A DNA stretch of 56,004 bases from a virus (lineage: Duplodnaviria > Caudoviricetes): IMG/VR virus record IMGVR_UViG_3300020178_001420, positions 1 through 56,004 of that record; one strand, given 5' to 3'. Of this stretch, positions 37,438-46,958 are shown piece after piece. The stretch's first letter is position 1; each line of letters begins with the position of its first letter. The notes beneath the pieces are model-generated. The model was not told the origin of the DNA. It saw only the letters and a program-made list of their open reading frames with translations, and made no database searches. Position numbers and translations under genes: made by a program.

Positions 37438-40400
37438 TTAATTAAAAGAATAAAATTCTAAGTCTTTCTGATCAGAAAATACAGCAACCCTTGTTCCTAT
37501 AAAATCATTTATATCATAAGTTGGTTCTCCAGGACATCTCTCCCCCCAACTAGGTAGTGTGGTAAACTTTGCGTTATTTGAAAAATCTTGAGGAGCTTGA
37601 CTTATGTGAGAAACGCACCAATTTGCAAAATCTACATAAGTATTGTCTAGAGAGGTACAATTAATAAACATCCTATCAAACGATGTGGTTACTTTATAAT
37701 CCGCAACAAGTTCAGGTATAAGTAATTTTACCAGTGCAGTGCAGCCTTCAAACATTCCAGACATACTAGTAGCGGATGATCCAGCAACATTAGAGAGATC
37801 AATCGTGTTTAATGAAGATGCATTTCTAAACATATTTTCAAAACTATTGATAAGATTATTGTTCCATTGAGATAAATCAATTGATTTTAATGCTACACAA
37901 CCATCAAACATTCCTGATATAGCCACTATTGATTCCGCATTCCAATGATTAATATCCAAGCTTGATAAAGAAGAACAATCCTTGAACATATTACTTGTAT
38001 TCGCTAAAGATGATGTATTCCAATCAGGAGACAGAAATTCGCTTAAATCAGTACAGCCAGAAAACATTGACTCCATAGTAACGACCTTAGAAACATTTAA
38101 TCCCGATAAATCTAATGAAGATATTTGAGTGCAATTCTTAAACATTTCTTTAAATGATGTGATTTTTGAATAATCAACCTCAAAGCCGCTTATTGCAGCA
38201 TTGCTCATGTTTGCAAATGCGCCCTCCATTGATGTGAAAGAATCCCCCTTCAATGTTATTGATTCTACTAGACTTGCACTAGTTTTTAATTCATTGTTTT
38301 CTGTATCAACAGCTCCGAAGTGAGTAATGTCCCCAAGAATTTTAACTGTTTGATTTGTATTTTCTGAAAAATTGATCGTAATATTACCCTGGTCTGCGGT
38401 TGTATATTCTTCAAATGTTTGCTCAAATTCTACCCTCACTCCATCTACACCTATACCAGCAAGAGGTAAAACTACTGAATTCGTTGATCCATAAGATATC
38501 TCTATTATTGATTTTGGCTCTGAAATTGTATTCGAACAGTCAATAAAACTTTCCAATGGTTTTTCTGCAATAATCACATTTCCATTTTCTTTCCAGTCGG
38601 CTTCAGTTTCATATTGTTTTACATCAACATCCCTCCACCTTCCAGTAAAACCAGTCCCTTTTGTTAGATTTATTTGTGACTTGATAGCTTCCGTATCTTG
38701 AAGTAAAATTGTTAAATCACACTCGTTTGTTAGCCACGGGCAGTCTCTAAAAATTTCATTAAATTCAACGAGGTTTCTAAAAAATCTTAATCTTTGTATT
38801 ATGCCAGAGCAGCTTTCTTGTTGGGTGTTAGCAAATGCTCTATTAGCTTTTTTCACAGAATCATTAATCCAATTCCATGACCCTATCCCTCTATGATGGT
38901 TTGAGCCCTCAAACATTCCAGAAATATCTTCTAATACTGAGGTTTGGCCTGGATATTTATCCGCGATAAACCAGAAGTGGCTCACCAACTTACTTTGATC
39001 GAAAACCGTGTTCTTAAACATGTTTTTCGCAGATATCAACTTCGGGAATAGCCAGTTCCTCGTTCTACCTGAATAATTAGCTCCTTGAAACATGCCTTCA
39101 GCATTCTCTAAATTAGGAAACGGGCTGAATCCCATTACATCTTGAGTTAAGTTAGTGTTTTCAAACATGTAACTAGTGTTTTTAGCTGAACTTAAATCTA
39201 AAAGAGTACCAGTATCAAATTTTGAATTGGCGAACATGTAAGAAAAGTCTTCCCCAATATGATTGCCTTTTTTTAACCAATCTATTACAAATACTCCTGT
39301 TGTGTTTTCAAAAAATCTACTAAAGTTTTTACATTTTGGAAATCTCCAATTTCTTATTCCTGGAGTACTAGCAACTAAGTTATCTTTATAAAACCCTTCG
39401 CATGTTAAAACATTTTCGAAAGCTTGGGAAACATAAGGCATGGAGCCTTTTGAATTTTCAAATAGATATGAAACATCCTCAAAGGGGCTTAAATCCCAAA
39501 CGCTAACACCTGGTAAATAAGTATTTTTCAATTCTGCAAACATCCCAGAGATATTAGTAACTGAGTGCCCTGATGGAAACCATTGACTTATTACACCAGC
39601 AAAATTACTTCCTCTAAAAAAATCTTTTAAAGAAGTCGCTTCGTGTAGTTTGCACATAACCCACATCCAGTTAGCATTTTGAATAAACCCTGTAGAATCC
39701 TTAAAAAATCCTTCAAAATTAACGTTCGAAGCTTCAGATGTTACTGAAAATATTTGATTAAAATTATTTGTCTCAGCGAAAAAGTAAGAAAAATCTGTTG
39801 CAGCTGGAGCTTTCAAAAAAATAGATTCAGTTCTAGAGCTTCCTTGATAAAAACCTTGCAAAGAAGTCACATTAGGTATTACCCAGGCATTTATAGGGCC
39901 TTCGTATATTTGTTTATCTTGAAAAACTCTTTTTGCAGATATGCACTTTAGAAGATTGAGTCCGTTTAGTTTTCCGCTCCATGCACAATTAGGGCCAGAA
40001 AACATTCCGTCTATGATTTCAGCCGCACTTGTATTTAAATAATCGCCTACAAATGCACTGTTTTTAAAACAGTTTGTCCAATCTTTAACCTTAGAAGTAC
40101 TCCAGAAAAAAGTCCCATTCCATAGTGAATTTTCGAAAGTGGATTCTAGTTTAGTGCAATTATCTGATGCTTCTACCAAACTGCTAAAATTAGCAGGATT
40201 TGTTGTAAATTTTGTATCTGCAAAAGTTCTAACAAAATGCATTTCACCCCCATTAGTAACATTTTGTATCTTAGACGCTGGATTCAAAGATTTAATCATT
40301 GTAACTGGGCCTTGTTTTTTAGGCAAAGTCAAAGATGTTAAATTTACCATCCCAGCAAATTCTCCATATCCATGCAAAGCTGCGGGTCTCCAATCCCATA

Positions 40401-41229
40401 TTTTTATCAACTGGATATTTTCTGGAGTATCGCAAAAACTTCTGTCATATTCAGCGGCAAGAGTCATAATTCTTTCACCTACAAAGTTTCCGTCGCCTAA
40501 ACCTCCACTGATTCTTATATCTCTTTCAGCAGGCGAGTCAAAAAACATTTTTACTCTAGCACAGCCTTCTTCAACTTCAATATTGCCGCCCATAGATCCG
40601 TGGTTCCCGCATTTATACCACAACTCCGAAGGCGTTTCCTTAACAGCTTGTAGTCTTGTATATGCTCCGAAAGACCCTGGGGATGAAGACCCGTATGTAA
40701 CTCCGTTTGAGTAATCTGGACCGTCATTTGTGGTGGAAAACTTTAAATAGTGGCTTTGATTACTCTTATCTTCTTGTTTAAATGTGTAGTAGTTTCCTAT
40801 TTGTATTTCAATTCTGTTTTTTATAACTACGCCGCCTATGAATTCGTCTTTGTTATAATCAACCTCTATATCTTCAGTATCTTCCATGGAAAGTTGAAGT
40901 GTGATTTTCTTCACACCTCTGTCGGTTATTCCTTCCGCAACTGAAACTACAGTTGATCCTGATATTTGATCTCCAGCCCTAATTTTTGAAACTGGATATT
41001 GATTCCATTCAAATGTATACTCTTTAGACGGGTTTACTTTGACATCAATTTCATAAGCTATATATGCTATTTCTGAAATCTTCCCTTTAGAGAAAAAATC
41101 TTCATGGTAATCTGTATCTGCCCCATGCTGTACAACAAAACCGAAGCTTTGCTTATTTAAATAGCTTGGTTTCCCAAATGATATTTGAGTCTCTTTTGTA
41201 TTTACTGTTTTTAAGTCTATAAGTCCCAT
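37438..41229 (-). CDS. BspA-like (DUF285) leucine-rich repeat protein with N-terminal cupredoxin-like segment
   Basis: Many ~25-aa repeats of type LDLS.WN.S.V..M..MF..C; N-terminal H...YKCGNHGSMGG motif. Confidence 0.8.
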   Translation of the reverse strand: MGLIDLKTVNTKETQISFGKPSYLNKQSFGFVVQHGADTDYHEDFFSKGKISEIAYIAYEIDVKVNPSKEYTFEWNQYPVSKIRAGDQISGSTVVSVAEGITDRGVKKITLQLSMEDTEDIEVDYNKDEFIGGVVIKNRIEIQIGNYYTFKQEDKSNQSHYLKFSTTNDGPDYSNGVTYGSSSPGSFGAYTRLQAVKETPSELWYKCGNHGSMGGNIEVEEGCARVKMFFDSPAERDIRISGGLGDGNFVGERIMTLAAEYDRSFCDTPENIQLIKIWDWRPAALHGYGEFAGMVNLTSLTLPKKQGPVTMIKSLNPASKIQNVTNGGEMHFVRTFADTKFTTNPANFSSLVEASDNCTKLESTFENSLWNGTFFWSTSKVKDWTNCFKNSAFVGDYLNTSAAEIIDGMFSGPNCAWSGKLNGLNLLKCISAKRVFQDKQIYEGPINAWVIPNVTSLQGFYQGSSRTESIFLKAPAATDFSYFFAETNNFNQIFSVTSEASNVNFEGFFKDSTGFIQNANWMWVMCKLHEATSLKDFFRGSNFAGVISQWFPSGHSVTNISGMFAELKNTYLPGVSVWDLSPFEDVSYLFENSKGSMPYVSQAFENVLTCEGFYKDNLVASTPGIRNWRFPKCKNFSRFFENTTGVFVIDWLKKGNHIGEDFSYMFANSKFDTGTLLDLSSAKNTSYMFENTNLTQDVMGFSPFPNLENAEGMFQGANYSGRTRNWLFPKLISAKNMFKNTVFDQSKLVSHFWFIADKYPGQTSVLEDISGMFEGSNHHRGIGSWNWINDSVKKANRAFANTQQESCSGIIQRLRFFRNLVEFNEIFRDCPWLTNECDLTILLQDTEAIKSQINLTKGTGFTGRWRDVDVKQYETEADWKENGNVIIAEKPLESFIDCSNTISEPKSIIEISYGSTNSVVLPLAGIGVDGVRVEFEQTFEEYTTADQGNITINFSENTNQTVKILGDITHFGAVDTENNELKTSASLVESITLKGDSFTSMEGAFANMSNAAISGFEVDYSKITSFKEMFKNCTQISSLDLSGLNVSKVVTMESMFSGCTDLSEFLSPDWNTSSLANTSNMFKDCSSLSSLDINHWNAESIVAISGMFDGCVALKSIDLSQWNNNLINSFENMFRNASSLNTIDLSNVAGSSATSMSGMFEGCTALVKLLIPELVADYKVTTSFDRMFINCTSLDNTYVDFANWCVSHISQAPQDFSNNAKFTTLPSWGERCPGEPTYDINDFIGTRVAVFSDQKDLEFYSFN

Positions 41230-41234
41230 TTAAG

Positions 41235-41245
41235 ATATATTACAC
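41235..41245 (-). promoter_or_regulatory. Putative late promoter motif (GTGTAATATAT)
   Basis: 11 nt between GTGTA and the ATG at 41229. Confidence 0.6.
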
Positions 41246-41253
41246 GCAAAAAA

Positions 41254-41862
41254 CTAAAATACATAAGAAAACATAGCTATGGATTCTGACCCGATTTCTT
41301 CTACCATACTTCTTGTTTCATCATTATACATTTTTTTATAATCTTTATCATTTCTGCCCGTTTTATGATCGTGATTGACTATTTCATAATTCTCTAAACC
41401 TATTTTTGAGCATACATATTTCAAACCTTCGTTATATTTCTCTTGCCTTATAACAAAGTCAACACAATAATCTCCGTTATAAAATAAATATGGTTTTATT
41501 TCCAAAGGTTTTCTGCATCCATTTTTAATAAAAGAACGGTGGTGAAATTTCACATACTCTTCAAATGTTGAAATGTTTTTTTTCTTGTAGAAATCTACAT
41601 ATTTTATATCGAAGAAAAACCTTGAAACCATTCGGTCCCATGGGTTTCTGACTACAGAGAATTTAAACGCTTTTTCTATATCCATCCCTGATTGTTTTGC
41701 TTGATCAGCTATGTCATTTAAAGGTTTATGTAGAAGACTTCTATGTATTTTAAAAAGCTCGGTCTCTTTATTTAATTTCCATAATCCTAATGCTATTGCC
41801 ACACTCGATCCAGCGCATTTTTGAGGATGTGTAAATATGTAATTTTGTTCTATATTATACAT
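41254..41862 (-). CDS. Sulfotransferase family 2 protein
   Basis: 5'-PSB-like FTHPQKCAGSS and 3'-PB-like FSVVRNPWDRMVS motifs. Confidence 0.85.
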   Translation of the reverse strand: MYNIEQNYIFTHPQKCAGSSVAIALGLWKLNKETELFKIHRSLLHKPLNDIADQAKQSGMDIEKAFKFSVVRNPWDRMVSRFFFDIKYVDFYKKKNISTFEEYVKFHHRSFIKNGCRKPLEIKPYLFYNGDYCVDFVIRQEKYNEGLKYVCSKIGLENYEIVNHDHKTGRNDKDYKKMYNDETRSMVEEIGSESIAMFSYVF

Positions 41863-41867
41863 TTTGA

Positions 41868-44402
41868 TTATTGAGTTACTATATTATTAAATAAAGTTTC
41901 GTATTTTACTCTTTCTTGGAATATTTTTTGAATTTCTGGGTCTATGCTTTCTAATTCTATTTTTTCGTATTTATTTATGTTATCTACTTCTACAATCAAA
42001 TCAGATTCTGCAACCTTTATATTATAACATTCTTCTAGGACATGTGCAATTACCTCATTACTGTATTTAACATATTTACACAAGAATTTATTCTTCTTCA
42101 TCCAATCTATAGCTTTAAAATAATGATCATCCGCTATAGGTTGTGAATTTGGAATTTTCGCAAGCTGTCTTATCGTCCAGCTATCTTCAAGCATTTCTGA
42201 ACTTAAATAAGCTTCAATATTTTTAAACTTATTTTCGAAGTTAGTGGATTCATGATTAGACTTTTGTGAATTCAAATAATGAAACATCGATTGCGTGCGC
42301 GACCAAGCATCCCTAACTAACATAAAATTTAATGGATAAGAATTGCTCTGTTTTAAAATTTCCCAAACTTCTTCAAATTGATCTACTGCATTTGATTTAA
42401 AACTAGACTCTACTGTTACTGCTAAAATAATCATCTTTTTCTCATTAAGATACTTAACAATAGTGTCTAATGTGGTTTTTCTTGACCGAGGGGCAGGTTC
42501 CCTTTTGTTCTGTTTTATTTTTTTGTCTTTTTTCCAAGATTCATCATAGAAAAATCCAAATATTATAAGGCCTTGCCTTTTTTCTTCATCAATACTTAAC
42601 CTTTGAACATTGCAACCTTTGTCTCCACCAAATATCCTAACAAAATACCTAGTCATTGTTCCTATTAAGAATGTTCCAGCATTTTTAGGTATATGAAATA
42701 GTATTGGAACTTTTCTGTTAACAGAAGTTTTATTCGAAGAGAAATCTTTTGAGAAGTTCATATAAATACAGTCGTAAAATTTTGCTTGATGCTTGAATTC
42801 ATTATATTTCCTTGTAGATCTATTTATCGTATTTATTAAATAAGTTTTGTCTTGAAAATTTATTTCAGGTCTATTTGTTTTTTCGATATTCAGGTAACTG
42901 GAAAAAACATTATCCATTACTTGATCTACACATTCTATTCTAAAAAAATTAAATTTACTCAAAATACAGCATAAGTGGTCGAACTGGTCCCTAGAAGGAT
43001 AAGATATTCCGATCAATTTCTTTATTAAAAAATTGAAATCATCTGTTGATCTTATATATTCACTAAACTTTTGAGTTCTTAAATTCTTGTCCTGTATTTC
43101 TCCTCCAAAATTAGTTTTTTCATAATTTAAAAACATGGAAGATATGAAATTCTCTGAATTAGACATGAAAGAATATAAAAAGATATCACTTTTAATTTCA
43201 GACCTTAATATATGAAAGTTTAGAAATGTCTGAGTCTCAAAGTCGGACGAGTATCTAGCATCAATAATTACAGATAAAACATTAATAGATCCATCTGCTA
43301 TTAGCTTTTTTAAATTAAAAATTTTACATATAAATACATTGCCCTCTTTGTCTTCAAAAAATTCTTTTGGGTAGTTGTCAAATGAAGAGTATTTAAAACC
43401 TTGGACTATTATTTTCCCGCCCATGGGGGACAACACCTTTATTTTCACAAAACTATCTTTATAATCTTCCCGTAAGTTAATATCCAATTTTTTTATAACA
43501 TAATCGGATGCTCCTTTTGCATTGCAAAAAAATACAGGAGTTTTTTCTAAAGATCCATGGTTGTCAAAAAGAGCTGGGTTTATAATTTTGTTTATTTTTT
43601 GTCTTTTTTGATGTACTACTATAGCATTTTTGTGCTCTGTTTTAATCTCCTCCTTAGATATTTTATAGTCTCGCGGGTCACTTAAATTTATAATCAATTC
43701 TGTGTCTATTAAATCGTATTTTTTTCCAACTTTTTTGTTGAATAAAAAATTAGATATATCAAAATTCATATAACCAGATTCTTCTAAATTCTCTTCGATG
43801 TATTTCTGCCCTCCCAGCAAAAGATCTTTTAGTCTTTTACTATTTTTATACAAGGCTACTCCGTTTATATGTTCTCTGAATTTTGATTCTAAATGACATT
43901 TTTGCCTGCCTTTATATATGCTTCCAGCTATCTCAAATTTTTTTGTCTTTATATATTTTAAAAACAAGTCGAACCACAAGTCTTCAAGGCAGAAAGTATC
44001 AGCTTCTAACATTAAGAAATTTTCGTATTTCGCTGGCATTTCCATCATTTTGAACATGCTTTGATAGAATAATTCGTTAGCTCCTGCGGTATACCCTAAT
44101 TTTGGGATTGTTTTTGGTTTGGGGGATTTGGACCAAGGATACCAGAAAACATCATCTTTTTCGCTAAGGTTTAAATTAATATATTCAGCGGCGTTTATGC
44201 TCGGGTTACCATTCAATTGTGAAATTAAATTTTCCAAACGAGTAATGTTTGAAACTTTATTAAAAAATAGAAATAAATCAAAAGAGTAACGTTTTGAAGG
44301 CTTCCTTCCCATGAATTGATGTAGGCAATCCTCTAGCTCGCCACTTTCTAACTCTCTTTCAGTACAAACATAAAAAACAGATATTTTTTTTGTGTAAATC
44401 AT
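41868..44402 (-). CDS. Multidomain protein: glycosyltransferase-like domain plus two sulfotransferase-like domains
   Basis: N-terminal MLEADT (ExD) and HINGVALY; C-terminal LFHIPKNAGT and VRDAWSRTQSMF; the middle domain is a degenerate copy. Confidence 0.65.
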   Translation of the reverse strand: MIYTKKISVFYVCTERELESGELEDCLHQFMGRKPSKRYSFDLFLFFNKVSNITRLENLISQLNGNPSINAAEYINLNLSEKDDVFWYPWSKSPKPKTIPKLGYTAGANELFYQSMFKMMEMPAKYENFLMLEADTFCLEDLWFDLFLKYIKTKKFEIAGSIYKGRQKCHLESKFREHINGVALYKNSKRLKDLLLGGQKYIEENLEESGYMNFDISNFLFNKKVGKKYDLIDTELIINLSDPRDYKISKEEIKTEHKNAIVVHQKRQKINKIINPALFDNHGSLEKTPVFFCNAKGASDYVIKKLDINLREDYKDSFVKIKVLSPMGGKIIVQGFKYSSFDNYPKEFFEDKEGNVFICKIFNLKKLIADGSINVLSVIIDARYSSDFETQTFLNFHILRSEIKSDIFLYSFMSNSENFISSMFLNYEKTNFGGEIQDKNLRTQKFSEYIRSTDDFNFLIKKLIGISYPSRDQFDHLCCILSKFNFFRIECVDQVMDNVFSSYLNIEKTNRPEINFQDKTYLINTINRSTRKYNEFKHQAKFYDCIYMNFSKDFSSNKTSVNRKVPILFHIPKNAGTFLIGTMTRYFVRIFGGDKGCNVQRLSIDEEKRQGLIIFGFFYDESWKKDKKIKQNKREPAPRSRKTTLDTIVKYLNEKKMIILAVTVESSFKSNAVDQFEEVWEILKQSNSYPLNFMLVRDAWSRTQSMFHYLNSQKSNHESTNFENKFKNIEAYLSSEMLEDSWTIRQLAKIPNSQPIADDHYFKAIDWMKKNKFLCKYVKYSNEVIAHVLEECYNIKVAESDLIVEVDNINKYEKIELESIDPEIQKIFQERVKYETLFNNIVTQ

Positions 44403-44418
44403 TATGTTCTATAATTCG

Positions 44419-44442
44419 GTGTAATATATACTGTGTATTCTA
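44419..44442 (+). promoter_or_regulatory. Two putative late promoter motifs (GTGTAATATATA, GTGTATTCTA)
   Basis: Plus-strand copies upstream of the ATG at 44453. Confidence 0.5.
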
Positions 44443-44452
44443 CTTATTTTTA

Positions 44453-44716
44453 ATGAAATTTAAAGTGTTTATTTTGCTTTGTTTTGTTTTTTTTAATTCT
44501 TGCTCGTCTTTTAAAGAAAAAAACCTAAAAACAATTGATTTTATTGGAGTAAACATAGCTCCCGATAAACAGGCAAATTCAAGCCAGCCAATTAAACCTG
44601 AAAACTATAGTCGTCCGTTTATTGTTTTTTGTTCATTAGTAGCTTTTGTTGGTTTAATCAATCTTTTGACATCCGCCTCCCCTAAAGTGCTTAAAAGATT
44701 TCAAAATCAACTATAA
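44453..44716 (+). CDS. Small predicted lipoprotein with C-terminal transmembrane segment
   Basis: MKFKVFILLCFVFFNS-C signal/lipobox-like start; hydrophobic FIVFCSLVAFVGLINLL near the C-terminus. Confidence 0.55.
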   Translation: MKFKVFILLCFVFFNSCSSFKEKNLKTIDFIGVNIAPDKQANSSQPIKPENYSRPFIVFCSLVAFVGLINLLTSASPKVLKRFQNQL

Positions 44717-44879
44717 TTAAAAAATTATTTTCTTTTTTTCTTACCATCTTAAACCCATTTAAATTCATGCGTAAACATAAGTCTGTAATGTATTTTTTAT
44801 TCAAAATAATTTTTATTTTTTTCCCTTCTACTTGAATTTCATCAGCATATTCTTTACATATATCTAAGGCTTTTTGCAT
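44691..44879 (-). CDS. Hypothetical protein
   Basis: 62-aa ORF filling otherwise empty space. Confidence 0.45.
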   Translation of the reverse strand: MQKALDICKEYADEIQVEGKKIKIILNKKYITDLCLRMNLNGFKMVRKKENNFLIIVDFEIF

Positions 44880-44891
44880 ACAATCATTATT

Positions 44892-45527
44892 ATGATTAAC
44901 TTTTCAAATTTACACACTAAAAAATTTTACAAAAAAATTAGAAGGAATTGGAGGGAGTGTTTTTTAGAATACCAAGAAGTGGTGAAGATAGAATCAATAG
45001 CTCTCGTTGAATTTAACAAACATTTAATAAAGTATATGTCTGAAGCGGGAATGGATATCCCCCAACCTAAAACGGAAAACAAAAATGAGAGCCATAAAGA
45101 TCATAAAGACAAATTCGAAAAAGATGAAATAAAAAAAATTTTTAGAGAGGCTGCAAAACTTTCCCACCCCGACTTAGATCCGACTTCTAGCAACATGGAA
45201 TTATTTAAAGAATTAATTCAAGCAAAAAAAGAGAATCAGTTAAATAAATTTTTAGATATAGCCAAGCAAATTGATAATAATATAAAAAATACAAATAATA
45301 AAACACCGTTGGCTAAGACAAAAAAAAATAATACCGAAACGAATGAATCTATTTCATTAGGTAGCGTGGATCATCTAGAAAAAGAAGTTTCCGACTTAGA
45401 AACTAAAATTCAAAAAATCAAAAATAGCATTCATTGGACTTGGTATTATGCCTCAGATTCCTCAAGAATTAAAATCATTAAGAAATCGGCAAATTTTATA
45501 AATAATGAGCAAAATAAAAAAAAATAA
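44892..45527 (+). CDS. J-domain-like (DnaJ HPD motif) protein
   Basis: EIKKIFREAAKLSHPD helix-II/HPD motif. Confidence 0.7.
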   Translation: MINFSNLHTKKFYKKIRRNWRECFLEYQEVVKIESIALVEFNKHLIKYMSEAGMDIPQPKTENKNESHKDHKDKFEKDEIKKIFREAAKLSHPDLDPTSSNMELFKELIQAKKENQLNKFLDIAKQIDNNIKNTNNKTPLAKTKKNNTETNESISLGSVDHLEKEVSDLETKIQKIKNSIHWTWYYASDSSRIKIIKKSANFINNEQNKKK

Positions 45528-46236
45528 CACTACAAAAAGCCCCTTAATAGGAAATAAATTAGACGAGTTTCGGCTGCGTTCTTTTAAACTAACTGAGAAG
45601 CAAAAAACACTCCTTAGTTTATGCATGGACCCTGAAACTAAAATAATTTTTATTTCAGGACCTGCTGGTAGCTCTAAAACATACATGGCGATATACTCGG
45701 CCCTAAGAATAATGCAAGAATCTAGAGATATGGACTTGCTGTACATTAGAACTATTATAGAAAGTGCAGAAAGGGGTTTAGGGGCATTACCAGGAGATTT
45801 GCAAGAAAAATTTAATCCCTATATCATGCCTTTATTGGAAAAACTTGATGAAATAATACCCGCTGAAACCACATCAAAAAAAGAGCTGCTGCAAGATAAA
45901 AGAATCGATGCGATGCCCATAAATTTCTTAAGAGGAGCTAGCTGGAAAAACAAAATTGTAATTATGGATGAAGCTCAAAACGCAACAATAAAAGAGCTAA
46001 CAACTCTAGTTACAAGAATAGGGGAAAACACTAAGTTATTTATTTGCGGAGATTTGATGCAAAGTGATATAAATGGGAAAAGCGGATTTAATGAAATCAT
46101 TAAAATTTTTAATGATGAAGAGAGTTCAGATAAAGGCATCCATACTTTTAAGTTTAACACTTCAGACATTAAGAGAAGTGCAATATTAAAATTCATAATT
46201 AAAAAAATATCAGATCATGGAAGTAGTGAAAAATAA
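45505..46236 (+). CDS. phoH: PhoH-like ATPase
   Basis: GPAGSSKT Walker A, LGALPGDLQEK, FLRG, IMDEAQN, TRIGEN, GDLMQSD. Confidence 0.93.
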   Translation: MSKIKKNNTTKSPLIGNKLDEFRLRSFKLTEKQKTLLSLCMDPETKIIFISGPAGSSKTYMAIYSALRIMQESRDMDLLYIRTIIESAERGLGALPGDLQEKFNPYIMPLLEKLDEIIPAETTSKKELLQDKRIDAMPINFLRGASWKNKIVIMDEAQNATIKELTTLVTRIGENTKLFICGDLMQSDINGKSGFNEIIKIFNDEESSDKGIHTFKFNTSDIKRSAILKFIIKKISDHGSSEK

Positions 46237-46288
46237 TTTATTAAAATAGATTTTTTTTAAATATTAAATAATATTATATTTAATACCA

Positions 46289-46609
46289 ATGATTGAAATT
46301 ATAATAGCTTTAATCTCTTCTGCTACAACAGTTTTCGTTGTGCTTTTCAAACAAAAACATCAATCTCAAAAATTTAGAGATAGTTTCTCGGATATTGCGA
46401 ACAATCCACAAGTTGAAGAATTTAGCATTCATATTAAAAATAAAAAGGGGTTTCGATTTGAGACTAATGCATGTGAGTTAGTCACTAAAAACGACAGACT
46501 TAAAATTTCAATTGGGTATTCTGATGGAGTCTCGGATGATTTAGTAAAATCTAATAGCATCCAAGCGAATTTAATACATGGTAAATTAGAAAGGTTATTT
46601 TATGGCTAA
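46289..46609 (+). CDS. Hypothetical protein with N-terminal transmembrane helix
   Basis: MIEIIIALISSATTVFVVLF hydrophobic N-terminus. Confidence 0.65.
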   Translation: MIEIIIALISSATTVFVVLFKQKHQSQKFRDSFSDIANNPQVEEFSIHIKNKKGFRFETNACELVTKNDRLKISIGYSDGVSDDLVKSNSIQANLIHGKLERLFYG

Positions 46610-46958
46610 TATTTATTGTCCTAATTGCGGGAAAAAACATTTTTTTAATTTAAAAAGACCTGAAAAATGCGATAGTTGTGGGTCTAGTTTTTCTCCAAAT
46701 AATAACAAAAACATACCTCAGAAGAAAAACGAATATTCAGTTTCTGAAAAGACACAAAATTTAAATACATCATATGACGAGGATTACTCAGAATCTTTAT
46801 CCGTCCCTAAAATAAAATCTTTAGCATATGATCTAAATTTCGAAGGTATTTCCAAAACTATAAAAGGTAAAGATATCATAGGAGAGGCTCCGACTAAAAC
46901 AAAACAAAACGATCACAAGTGGAAAAGAAAAGTTACGAAGCATTCGAAGAGCAAATAG
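46602..46958 (+). CDS. Zinc-ribbon protein
   Basis: CPNCG...CDSCG. Confidence 0.75.
   Translation: MANIYCPNCGKKHFFNLKRPEKCDSCGSSFSPNNNKNIPQKKNEYSVSEKTQNLNTSYDEDYSESLSVPKIKSLAYDLNFEGISKTIKGKDIIGEAPTKTKQNDHKWKRKVTKHSKSK

Noticed and set aside
37438-41229. Possible diversity-generating retroelement target
   Set aside because: No reverse transcriptase and no near-identical template repeat seen in the window.
45655-45685. PhoH Walker A reads GPAGSSKT rather than GPAGTGKT
   Set aside because: All other PhoH motifs and the Lys-Thr are intact; a minor variant.
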